DNA from: Patescibacteria group bacterium
Lineage (GTDB): Bacteria > Patescibacteriota > Patescibacteriia > 2-12-FULL-57-11
Length of the DNA stretch: 64,000 bases
Direction: 5' to 3'
NCBI GenBank assembly: GCA_004297205.1
Contig: SCUL01000002.1
Span: 658,893 to 722,892, forward strand
Positions 28,454-36,477 of this stretch are shown here, piece by piece. The notes under the pieces are model-generated. The model was not told the DNA's origin, did no database searches, and saw only the letters and a list, made by a program, of their open reading frames with translations. A program made the position numbers and the translations under genes. Position 1 is the stretch's first letter; each line of letters begins with the position of its first letter.

Positions 28454-28544
28454 CCTCCTCGTCTCACGCCACGAGCGTTGCTCATGGTTTGAGATGAAAA
28501 GAGGATCTTGGAAGATCCCCTGGAACGGCCGATGCCCGTTCCTG
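28454..28544 (-). repeat. intergenic repeat element R6 (short form, tail A)
   Basis: CCTCCTCGTCTCACGCCACGAGCGTTGCTCATGGTTTGAGATGAAAAGAGGATCTTGGAAGATCC...GGAACGGCCGATGCCCGTTCCTGC. Its second hairpin GGATCTT-gg-AAGATCC shows compensatory changes relative to R1/R5. Confidence 0.7.
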
Positions 28545-28597
28545 CTTGCCCCGAGCGAAGTCGAGGGGCCTGTCCCGCGCGTCTCGCGGGACTGTAG

Positions 28598-28689
28598 TGG
28601 CACCGTCGGGAGTCGAACCCACTGATTGCCCCGACACTTGGTGTTGCCAAGCTGGAGAATCCCCTCCATATATATCGTCAGGCAGTGCC
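28598..28689 (-). other. tRNA-like fragment / pseudo-tRNA (possible integration-site remnant)
   Basis: On the minus strand: GGCACTG...GTGGG-TTCGACT-CCCGA-CGGTGCC-A. There is a 7-bp acceptor-like pairing including one G.U and a canonical T-arm/T-loop. No D-arm or anticodon arm could be folded. It is followed by an 8-bp GC hairpin GTCCCGCG/CGCGGGAC. Confidence 0.25.
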
Positions 28690-28718
28690 TTGTGCGCCCT
28701 TTGTCGAGGCGCTGTTCA

Positions 28719-28841
28719 CTACTTTTTGTCGCTGTCCTCCTGAACCGCGATCCAGCCGCGCTTGATGGCGTAACGGACCAGCAACGCGCCGGCAGAACAG
28801 ATCATGACCCAGATGAACGCAACGATGATGATCTTCAACAT
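28719..28841 (-). CDS. hypothetical 40-aa single-TM protein
   Basis: MLKIIIVAFIWVMICSAGALLVRYAIKRGWIAVQEDSDKK, SD GAGGAGG-4 nt-ATG directly after R7. Confidence 0.3.
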   Translation of the reverse strand: MLKIIIVAFIWVMICSAGALLVRYAIKRGWIAVQEDSDKK

Positions 28842-28845
28842 GCGA

Positions 28846-28930
28846 CCTCCTCGTCTGACCGCACCACCGGAGTGATGCCTTCGGAAGAGGAGAGAGCGCA
28901 TGCGCGATCCGCATCGCTCTCTGGACCCGT
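28846..28930 (-). repeat. intergenic repeat element R7 (short, diverged core, tail B-like hairpin)
   Basis: CCTCCTCGTCTGACCGCACCACCGGAGTGATGCCTTCGGAAGAGGAGAGAGCG-catgcgcgatccgcat-CGCTCTC. The hairpin is perfectly complementary and shows compensatory changes versus R2/R4. Confidence 0.6.
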
Positions 28931-28965
28931 TTTGTTTCTCCGGTGGGGTCCGAACCGGTTGTGCC

Positions 28966-29238
28966 TCAGCGCGAGGCGTAGATGATGGCCTCGCCATCGG
29001 CCACGATGTGCGTGGTTCCGACGGTGTACTCCTCGTGGGAGCGCAGCGTCTCGACCACCACGGGCACACGACCGACGATCTCGATCGTGTCGAGGACGAT
29101 CACGTGGCTTTCGGGCCGCGTGGTCTCCCGCGCCTCGTGGCGCTCTTCCCAGGCGAGAACCGCCGGGGACGTCATCGTGAGCGACGCGAACGCCGAGAGG
29201 CAGAGAACCGCGAACCCGAGCACCATGAGCTTCGTCAT
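28966..29238 (-). CDS. hypothetical secreted protein (~90 aa, signal peptide)
   Basis: Internal Met MTKLMVLGFAVLCLSAFASLTMTSPAVLA of ORF 28966..29529. The upstream part of that ORF is low-complexity. Confidence 0.45.
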   Translation of the reverse strand: MTKLMVLGFAVLCLSAFASLTMTSPAVLAWEERHEARETTRPESHVIVLDTIEIVGRVPVVVETLRSHEEYTVGTTHIVADGEAIIYASR

Positions 29239-29480
29239 CTTCGTTTTTCCGTTTTCCCGGTAGAGCTCTCCGCAGTGGCGTTTCCGCGTACTGAGTGCTC
29301 TCCGCCACACGACCCGATCTCTCACCCTCAGGTCTTGTGGCGGTGGGTTTTCAAGGTCCGCTTCGGCCGGCACCTGTGACGACAAGCTGCACATGTGCCG
29401 TCCGGTTCCTCCTTTTCCATCCTTAAAGAACGCATGACTATAGCATGCCCAAGCGGTTTTGTCAAGCCTGCGCCTGGCAT

Positions 29481-29512
29481 AAAGCAAAGAAAGTGGCTCA
29501 TCTGAGCCACTT
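29481..29512 (-). terminator. rho-independent terminator downstream of ruvA
   Basis: Perfect 10-bp palindrome AAGTGGCTCA-tc-TGAGCCACTT, followed on the minus strand by a T-rich run. Confidence 0.7.
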
Positions 29513-29539
29513 TCCCTGTATAGAGCCAAGAAACACGTG

Positions 29540-30091
29540 TTATTTTCTCTTCAAAATAGCCAGTGTTTTTTTGAACCGTTCGGCATCCGGAAGATCCATG
29601 GAAACGGCGCTGAGCGCGGCTGCCGCTTCCTGCTTGCCGTAGCCCATGGTGACGAGCGCGTCCTGCAGATCGTCGGTCGGGCCGTCGTCGGCATCCACCA
29701 GCTTTCCCTTGAGTTCGAGGACGATTTTTTGGGCGGTTTTTTTGCCGACGCCGTGGGCCGAGGAAATGGCGCCGATGTCGCCCCGCTCGATTGCCGAGCG
29801 CACCGTCTGCGGGCTGCCCATGGCGAGGATGGCCAGCCCGGTGCGCGGTCCGACCCCGGAAACCGCGATCAGCTGCCAGAATAGTTCGAGCGCGTCGAGC
29901 GTGGCAAAGCCGAAGATCTCGCGGCCGTCGTCGCGGATCGCTTCATGGGTGTAGAGCGTGGTGCTGCTGCCGGGCGCGTTCTTGGCGAGCAGGTCCGCCG
30001 CGCACACAACACGGTAGCCGACCCCGGCCACGTCGATGATGACGTAGTCGTTGCCGCGGGCCAGGATTGTTCCGGTGAGAGAAGCGATCAT
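29540..30091 (-). CDS. ruvA: Holliday junction DNA helicase RuvA
   Basis: 183 aa with the RuvA N-terminal OB domain, helix-hairpin-helix pair and C-terminal domain pattern. Confidence 0.9.
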   Translation of the reverse strand: MIASLTGTILARGNDYVIIDVAGVGYRVVCAADLLAKNAPGSSTTLYTHEAIRDDGREIFGFATLDALELFWQLIAVSGVGPRTGLAILAMGSPQTVRSAIERGDIGAISSAHGVGKKTAQKIVLELKGKLVDADDGPTDDLQDALVTMGYGKQEAAAALSAVSMDLPDAERFKKTLAILKRK

Positions 30092-30098
30092 GCGGGCT

Positions 30099-30142
30099 GT
30101 AGGGGCGGACCAATGTGTCCGCCCTCAACTAGTAATTACAAT
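30099..30142. repeat. 27-nt GC hairpin GTAGGGGCGGACCAATGTGTCCGCCC plus TTACAAT box; near-identical copy at 37567-37609
   Basis: 26/27 identity with the copy after rpe. Located between the nrdJ stop and the ruvA start. Confidence 0.5.
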
Positions 30143-32261
30143 TCGGCGTCGGACACCCACCCGCGTATTCCGGGTCCACGGTCAGCTGCGCCGTGGCCGC
30201 CTCGTCCGCGCCGCGCGGGAGGGAGCCGACGGAGAGCACCTGTTCCTGCTTGGTGCCGTAGCGGTACACGGTGATGCCTTTGCACTTCATCTTCCAGGCC
30301 AGCAGATATGCCTTGCGCACGTCTTCGATCGTGGCTTTCTCCGGCAGGTTGATGGTTTTGGAGACGGCATTGTCCGACCACTTCTGGAAGGCGGCCTGCA
30401 TCTTCACGTGCCAGGCCGGTGGGATTTCGAGCGCGGTCTGGAAAAGTTTTTTGACCGGCGCCGGCACGCCCTTGGCGCGGGCGACGTTGCCGGTCTGCGC
30501 CGCGTGGAACAGGATGTCCTGGCTGTAGAATCCGCGGCCGCGGGCGATCCGCTCGAACTGCGCGTTCACTTCAAGGAGGCGCGTGCCTTCCATGACGTTG
30601 CGGACGAAGGCGATGGCGAAGAGCGGTTCGATGCCCGACGAGCAGCCGGCAATGATGGAGATCGTGCCGGTGGGTGCGATCGTCGTGACCGTGGCGTTGC
30701 GCATGTGGCGGCGGCCCATCTTCTGCCAGCGGCTGCCTTTGAACGACGGGAAGTCGCCGCGGAGTCTCCCGAGCGCCTGGGAGGTTTTGTGCCCCTCGGT
30801 CCAGACGGCCTTCATGAGTTTGTCGGCGAAGGCGAGCGCCCGGGGGGAGGCATAGGGGATGCCGAGCGCGACCAGCGCTTCGGCAAAGCCCATCACGCCG
30901 AGTCCGATGCGGCGGTGTTCTTTGGTGACTTCGGCCACGCGCGGCAGGGGATAGGTGTTGATGTCGATGACGTCGTCAAGGAAGCGCACGCCGAGCCGGG
31001 TCAGGCGGGCGAGCTTCTCCCAGTCGAAGCCGTTGGTACCGACGAGTTTGGCCAGGTTGATGGAACCGAGCGTGCAGCTTTCGTACGGATGCAACGGCTG
31101 CTCGCCGCAGGGGTTGGTGGCCTCGATGCGGCCGGCGTGGCGCGTCGGGTTTGTGCGGTTGATTTCGTCGATGAAGACGAGCCCCGGATCGCCCGTGGCC
31201 CAGGCCTGCTCGCAGATCTCGCGGAACAGCTCGCGCGCTTTGCGGCTGCCGGTTTTTTTGCCGGTGCGGGGGTTCACGAGCTCCACCGTTCCGCCCGTTG
31301 CGACGGCGCGAAGGAAACGGTCGGTCGCGGCCACCGAGATGTTGAAGTTCTTGAGCGTCAGGCCGTCGCCCTTGAGCGCGATGAAGCGCTCGACGTCCGG
31401 ATGCGTCACGTCGAGCATGCCCATGTTGGCGCCGCGCCGCCGGCCGCCCTGCTTGATGACCTCGGTCGTGGCGTCGAACAGCTGCATGAAGCTGAGCGGT
31501 CCGCTGGCCACGCCGCCGGTGGAACGCACCAGGTCGCCGTCCGGCCGGATGGCGGAGAAGTTGAAGCCGGTGCCGCCGCCGGACTGGTGGATGAGCGCGG
31601 TGGCCTTCAGCGTGTCGAAAATGCTCTCCAGTTCGTCGCGGATGGGGAGGACGAAGCAGGCCGCGAGCTGCCCGCGCGGGTTGCCGGCGTTCATGAGCGT
31701 CGGCGAGTTCGGCAGGAATTCGCCCGCGGCCATGGCCCGGTAGAACTCCTCGGCGGCCTTCGCGATCACGTCGGTCGGCGCGCCGTAGCGCTGCTCGCCC
31801 TGGGCCACGGCGCCCGCCACGCGGCGGAACATTTGGGACGGCGTCTCGATGATGCGGCCGTTCTCGTCTTTTTTCAGGTAACGGCGCTCCAGGACTTTGA
31901 TGGCGTTGACGCCGAGTTTGAGGTCATCGGCGATGCCGAAGTACGTTTTGTGTTTGCCGTTCGGCCGTTTCAGCGTCGGATACAGGACGTAGGCCTTGGC
32001 GACCTCCGGCATGTGGAGCTGCATGAGTGTCTCTTCGACGGCGTCGCGCACGTCGGCGGTCGAGGGGATCCGGCCCTCGAAGGTTTCGGCGATGACCGTT
32101 GCGACGCGGTCGGCCGCGGCCGCGGCCTTGGCGCGCGACGGATGCCCCATGACGTCGGCCATGGCCTTGCTCACCGAGCGCGCGATTTTCGCGAGCTGGA
32201 ACGGTTCGAGCCGGCCGTCGGATTTTCGCACCATCTTCGGCGCGTCGGGGACGCTCTTCAT
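30129..32261 (-). CDS. nrdJ: adenosylcobalamin-dependent (class II) ribonucleotide reductase
   Basis: Class II RNR core including NPCGEQPL and C-terminal Cys pairs. Start taken at MKSVPDAPKMVRKSDGR, an internal Met of ORF 30129..32417. Confidence 0.9.
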   Translation of the reverse strand: MKSVPDAPKMVRKSDGRLEPFQLAKIARSVSKAMADVMGHPSRAKAAAAADRVATVIAETFEGRIPSTADVRDAVEETLMQLHMPEVAKAYVLYPTLKRPNGKHKTYFGIADDLKLGVNAIKVLERRYLKKDENGRIIETPSQMFRRVAGAVAQGEQRYGAPTDVIAKAAEEFYRAMAAGEFLPNSPTLMNAGNPRGQLAACFVLPIRDELESIFDTLKATALIHQSGGGTGFNFSAIRPDGDLVRSTGGVASGPLSFMQLFDATTEVIKQGGRRRGANMGMLDVTHPDVERFIALKGDGLTLKNFNISVAATDRFLRAVATGGTVELVNPRTGKKTGSRKARELFREICEQAWATGDPGLVFIDEINRTNPTRHAGRIEATNPCGEQPLHPYESCTLGSINLAKLVGTNGFDWEKLARLTRLGVRFLDDVIDINTYPLPRVAEVTKEHRRIGLGVMGFAEALVALGIPYASPRALAFADKLMKAVWTEGHKTSQALGRLRGDFPSFKGSRWQKMGRRHMRNATVTTIAPTGTISIIAGCSSGIEPLFAIAFVRNVMEGTRLLEVNAQFERIARGRGFYSQDILFHAAQTGNVARAKGVPAPVKKLFQTALEIPPAWHVKMQAAFQKWSDNAVSKTINLPEKATIEDVRKAYLLAWKMKCKGITVYRYGTKQEQVLSVGSLPRGADEAATAQLTVDPEYAGGCPTPNCNY

Positions 32262-32276
32262 ACGCACACAGGGTAG

Positions 32277-32304
32277 CACAAAACCAGGCCGTATGGCCTG
32301 GTTT
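32277..32304 (-). terminator. hairpin terminator after the methyltransferase gene
   Basis: AACCAGGCC-gtat-GGCCTGGTT, followed on the minus strand by TTTTG. Confidence 0.55.
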
Positions 32305-32331
32305 GAGCGCCCTCTCGGGATGCGCGCTGCT

Positions 32332-32868
32332 CTACCACTCATACCGCAGCAGCCGCTTCTTTTTGAAACCTGAACCGAGCGTGACCACCTCCGTCGGTTG
32401 GCGTCGGGGAAAGGCAAAAGCGTGCGAAATGACCACCGTGCCGGGACGCAATTCCGCCTCGAACTTCGGTTCGAGGTACGCCATGATGTGCGGGAAGGTG
32501 TACAGGAAGATCACGTCGGCGTTTCCCACCGGCACCGAGCGCATGTCGCGGCGGAGGTACGTGATGGCATGGCCCGAGAGGGCGATCCGCAAGCGGCCGA
32601 GCAGCCACACCGTCGGTACGAGTTCCACGCCCATTGCCGTGATCGACGGGTGCGTGTTCTTGGCGGCGAGCAGGATGGAACCGTCGCCCGCGCCCAGGTC
32701 CATCACGTGTTCGCCGCCGCGCAGATGCGCCAGACGGATCATCTCGCGGACCACGTGCTTCGGCGTCCGGATGAAGGGGACGCCGACGAAGAGCCCGAAG
32801 GCCGCCGTGACGACCAGCACGACGCTCAGCGTGACCATCAAGATGATCACGAAGTCGAGGGGCTGCAT
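32332..32868 (-). CDS. small membrane-anchored class I SAM-dependent methyltransferase
   Basis: N-terminal TM helix and motif I VMDLGAGDGSILLAAA. Confidence 0.65.
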   Translation of the reverse strand: MQPLDFVIILMVTLSVVLVVTAAFGLFVGVPFIRTPKHVVREMIRLAHLRGGEHVMDLGAGDGSILLAAKNTHPSITAMGVELVPTVWLLGRLRIALSGHAITYLRRDMRSVPVGNADVIFLYTFPHIMAYLEPKFEAELRPGTVVISHAFAFPRRQPTEVVTLGSGFKKKRLLRYEW

Positions 32869-32874
32869 TGCGGA

Positions 32875-35760
32875 TCAGGCCTTTTTGATGCCGATCCAGA
32901 AGGCGCTTTCGCCGATCTGGATTTGCGCGTCCGCCAACACGTCCGGGGATTTTTCCTCGCGGATGAGGTCGGCGCGGATCGCGGCTTTGATCTCGTCATG
33001 GTGCGCGCGCAGGGCGGCCAGGAGATCGTCGTCCGCGCCCATGATGGAGAGCGTGATGCGGTCGGCCACGGTGAGCTTGGCGTTCTTGCGGAGGTTCTGG
33101 ACGTGGCGGATGAGTTCGCGCAGCGCACCCTGGAGTTTCAGCTCCGGCGTCATGGTCGTGTCGAGGGTCACGACGATGGAATCGCCGGACGGTTCTTTGA
33201 AGGCGACGGCCAGCACGTTCAGCTCCTCGCGGATGAGGGCCGCCGCTTCTTCTGAAACGGCCTTGGCCTGGATGGCGGCCGCGGCCAGCGGTTGGCGGAC
33301 AGGGACCTTGAGGCGGGCGCGCTCTTCTTGGCCGAAGGAGACGATGCGCCGCGTATGGTCCATCTCGGTGAGCAGCGCTTCGTCCGCGCCGCCCGCCGCC
33401 GGCCAGTCCTCGAGGTGCACGCTCTCCTTGCCGCCGTCGACGCGGGCGTAGAGCGATTCGGCGATGAACGGCAGGAACGGCGCGGCCAGCCGCGCGAAGG
33501 CGGCAAGCACCTGCTGGAGCGTGGCGGCCGCGGCGGCGCCGTCCGGTCCTTTCATGCGGTCGCGGCTGCGGCGCACGTACCACGTCGAGAGGTCGTCGAC
33601 GAAGGCGGAGAGGGCACGTCCGGCTTCCGTGATGCGCAGGGCGTCGAGGTCGGCGGTCATGTCTTCGGTCAGCCGGTTGAGGCGCGCCAGAATCCAGCGG
33701 TCGAGGATGTGTGTGCTCGGCGCGGCTGTGGTTGCGGTCTGCGGGCGGTAGGTCTCCCAGAACGTGAGGACGTTCCACAGGATGTTCAAGGTTTTTTTCA
33801 CGACCATGTCGAGGTCGGCCTCGTCGAAGCGCTTGGGGTCGCCCGGCTGGTTGACCGTGTACATGTAGAAGCGGCAGGCGTCGGCGCCGTAGCGGTCGAT
33901 CATCTCGAAGGGATTCACGACGTTGCCCTTCGACTTCGACATCTTCTGTCCCTTGGCGTCCAAAATGTGGCCGAGGCAGACGACGTTCTTGTACGGCACG
34001 CCGCGGCCGAGCAACGTCGACGTGGCGAGCAGGGTGTAGAACCAGCCGCGGGTCTGGTCGATGGCCTCGGCGATGTAGTCGGCCGGAAATGCTTCCGCCC
34101 GCCCTGAGCGTGTCGAAGGGTCCACCTTCTCCTTGTTCTCGAACGGGTAGTGCCATTGCGCGAACGGCATGGCGCCCGAGTCGAACCAGACGTCCATGAC
34201 GTCCGGGATGCGCATCATGGTGCCGCCGCAGGCGCAGCGGAGCTCCACCGCGTCGATGAACGGCCGGTGCGGATCGAACCCCTCTGTCTTCGGGCGCGTG
34301 GCGTCCGTGGCGCGGTCCGCGAGTTCCGCGAACGAGCCGATGCAGTCCTTCTTCCCGCAGGCCGCGCAGGTCCAGACCGGGATCGGCGTGCCCCAGTAGC
34401 GCTCGCGGCTGATGGCCCAGTCGCGCACGCCGTTCAGCCATTCGCCGAAGCGGCCCTCTTTGATGTAGCCGGGGGTCCAGGTGATCTGTTCGGCGTTGGC
34501 CATGAGTTCGGCCTTCACTTTGGAGACGGCGAAGAACCAGGAACGCTTGGCGTAGTACAGGAGCGGCGTCGAACAGCGCCAGCAGAACGGGTATTCGTGC
34601 ACGTACGGCTCGACCCGCCACAGCAGGCCGCGGCCTTTCAGGTCCTCGGTGATGAGCGCGTCGCCGTCTTTCACGAACATGCCGTTCAGCTGCATGCCGA
34701 ACGGATTCTCCGTGATGAAGGCGAACTGCCCTTCGGCATTCACGGTGCGCAGCAGAGGGAGCGCGTTCTCACGGGCCACGCGCAAGTCGTCTTCGCCGAA
34801 GGCCGGGGCGATATGGACGATGCCGGTGCCGTCCTCCGTGGAGACGAAGTCGCCGGAGACGACCCGGTGCGCCGGCGCGTCCGGTGCAGCGAGCGCGTAG
34901 AGCGGCTCGTAGTCCTTGCCCACGAGATCCTTGCCGGCGAGCTCGCGGAGCACCGCGTATTCCTGGCCTTCGAGGACCATCAAGCGCGACTTGGCGAGGA
35001 TCAGCCGCTCGCCGCCGATGTCCACCTCGACGTAGGTGATGTCCGGGCCGACCGCCAGCGCGACGTTCGCGGGCAGCGTCCAGGGCGTCGTCGTCCAGAC
35101 GAGGAACGCGGCGCCGTCCTTCGTCTTGAACCGCACGTAGACCGACGGGTCACGTACTTCTTTATATCCCTGCGCCACCTCGTGGCTGGAGAGCGCCGTA
35201 CCGCAGCGCGGGCAGTAGGGGACGATCTTGTCATCCTCGACCATCAGCCCGCGGTCCCAGATCTGCCGGATCATGGCCCAGAGCGATTCGACGTAGGCCG
35301 GCTCGTAGGTCACGTAGGGATGCTCCAAATCGACCCAGAAGCCGATGCGCTTGGTGAGCCGCTTCCAGTCCTCGAGGTAGGTCCAGACCGACTCCTTGCA
35401 GAGCGCGTTGAAGTGGGCGATCGATTCCGTGACCGTCGGCTTCAACTTTTCGATCTGCGGCTTGCCGGAGATGCCGAGTTTTTTTTCGACTTCGAGCTCG
35501 ACCGGGAGCCCGTGGGTGTCCCAACCGGCTTTGCGTTCCACGCGGAAACCGCGCATCGTCTTGTAGCGGGGGATGATGTCCTTGTAGGCGCGGGCCTCGA
35601 CGTGGTGGATGCCGGGCTTGCCGTTGGCCGTCGGCGGACCTTCGTAGAAGACGAAGCTGCCCTGCGGCGCGGGCTTCTCCAGCGTTTTTTCGAAGATGCG
35701 CTCCCGCTCCCAGCGGGCCAGCACGTCCTCTTCCATCTTCGGGAAATCTATGCCGGGCAT
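32875..35760 (-). CDS. ileS: isoleucine--tRNA ligase
   Basis: Class I HIGH-type motif (PTANGKPGIHHV), KMSKSKGN, editing domain and C-terminal Zn-binding Cys. Start taken at MPGIDFPKMEEDV (alternative 35793). Confidence 0.95.
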   Translation of the reverse strand: MPGIDFPKMEEDVLARWERERIFEKTLEKPAPQGSFVFYEGPPTANGKPGIHHVEARAYKDIIPRYKTMRGFRVERKAGWDTHGLPVELEVEKKLGISGKPQIEKLKPTVTESIAHFNALCKESVWTYLEDWKRLTKRIGFWVDLEHPYVTYEPAYVESLWAMIRQIWDRGLMVEDDKIVPYCPRCGTALSSHEVAQGYKEVRDPSVYVRFKTKDGAAFLVWTTTPWTLPANVALAVGPDITYVEVDIGGERLILAKSRLMVLEGQEYAVLRELAGKDLVGKDYEPLYALAAPDAPAHRVVSGDFVSTEDGTGIVHIAPAFGEDDLRVARENALPLLRTVNAEGQFAFITENPFGMQLNGMFVKDGDALITEDLKGRGLLWRVEPYVHEYPFCWRCSTPLLYYAKRSWFFAVSKVKAELMANAEQITWTPGYIKEGRFGEWLNGVRDWAISRERYWGTPIPVWTCAACGKKDCIGSFAELADRATDATRPKTEGFDPHRPFIDAVELRCACGGTMMRIPDVMDVWFDSGAMPFAQWHYPFENKEKVDPSTRSGRAEAFPADYIAEAIDQTRGWFYTLLATSTLLGRGVPYKNVVCLGHILDAKGQKMSKSKGNVVNPFEMIDRYGADACRFYMYTVNQPGDPKRFDEADLDMVVKKTLNILWNVLTFWETYRPQTATTAAPSTHILDRWILARLNRLTEDMTADLDALRITEAGRALSAFVDDLSTWYVRRSRDRMKGPDGAAAAATLQQVLAAFARLAAPFLPFIAESLYARVDGGKESVHLEDWPAAGGADEALLTEMDHTRRIVSFGQEERARLKVPVRQPLAAAAIQAKAVSEEAAALIREELNVLAVAFKEPSGDSIVVTLDTTMTPELKLQGALRELIRHVQNLRKNAKLTVADRITLSIMGADDDLLAALRAHHDEIKAAIRADLIREEKSPDVLADAQIQIGESAFWIGIKKA

Positions 35761-35875
35761 AGGAAAGATGGGAGAAGCGTACCGGGCGGACACGCGCCCG
35801 GCAAGAGTTGACAGGACGGCGGAAAGTCGCTAGGTTGGCCTGTCCGCACCCCGCCGCGGAAAGAAAGGAGGAGGC

Positions 35876-36424
35876 GTGGACGCTGGAAGAGAAGCACGTC
35901 TGTCCGTGATCAAGAAGATCTCGGATCCGATCGACCGAACCAGGGAAATCCTCGCCGATGTCGCCGACTTCTTCGACCAGGAAGTCCGCAGGCGGGCGGA
36001 GCTGGTCACGCGCCTGCGCTCGCCGACGCCGCCGACGGAGATCGAGGGTCACACGCTGCCGCCGCGCGAGGCGGCCATCAGGATCTTTCGATCAGAGATC
36101 GTGGACATGACGAACGTCGTCCTGTACCCGGGCGTCAAAGCCCGTCTCAACAAGAACGACGTCAACCACCTGAATTTCCACAAAGAGCATCTGCTCTTCG
36201 TGAACAGGCTGCTCGCGAGCTTCCTCGACAGGCTCAAGATCTCGAAGCGTCGGGGCAGCATCATGCTCTCCCGCCACCTAGGTGACGCCGCGGCCGCCGC
36301 GGAGTGGATGGAGTCGGTCCATGCCCTGGTCGTCCTGACCGTCGTCGAGATCGACGCGCTCATCCTGGCCGAAGAGGACAGGGAAACGCTCCGGCCCGCC
36401 GCAAGCGGACCACCGGAGGAGTGA
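35876..36424 (+). CDS. hypothetical protein (182 aa)
   Basis: A clean ORF with coding-like composition. No confident family assignment. Confidence 0.5.
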   Translation: MDAGREARLSVIKKISDPIDRTREILADVADFFDQEVRRRAELVTRLRSPTPPTEIEGHTLPPREAAIRIFRSEIVDMTNVVLYPGVKARLNKNDVNHLNFHKEHLLFVNRLLASFLDRLKISKRRGSIMLSRHLGDAAAAAEWMESVHALVVLTVVEIDALILAEEDRETLRPAASGPPEE

Positions 36425-36460
36425 AGCGCCACGCACACGCGGGGCGCGCTTTTTTATTCA

Positions 36461-36469
36461 TGCTACAAT
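36461..36469 (+). promoter_or_regulatory. extended -10 element TGCTACAAT about 9 nt upstream of the rpiB ATG
   Basis: A T-run precedes it and the start codon follows 8-10 nt downstream, suggesting a leaderless or very short-leader transcript. Confidence 0.4.
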
Positions 36470-36477
36470 CACCGCGT

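Noticed and set aside
25738-28930. Integron attC sites for the R1-R7 repeats
   Set aside because: The layout (repeat at the 3' end of each cassette ORF, same orientation) fits. The ends of the element are not mutually complementary, so there are no R''/R' inverted cores, and no GTTRRRY core was found. No intI-like tyrosine recombinase is in the window; the only recombinase is a serine recombinase 17 kb away. The idea is kept as a loose analogy in the findings, not as a call.
25738-28930. Diversity-generating retroelement (template/variable repeats)
   Set aside because: There is no reverse transcriptase gene. Differences between copies are not restricted to adenine positions. There are seven copies, not a TR/VR pair.
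25738-28930. CRISPR array
   Set aside because: The repeats are 90-170 bp, irregularly spaced (200-600 bp) and separated by protein-coding genes, not short uniform spacers. There is no cas1 or effector gene.
32262-32331. NrdR box upstream of nrdJ
   Set aside because: No 16-bp acaCwAtATaTwGtgt-type palindrome is present. The nearby inverted repeat is better explained as the terminator of the upstream methyltransferase gene.
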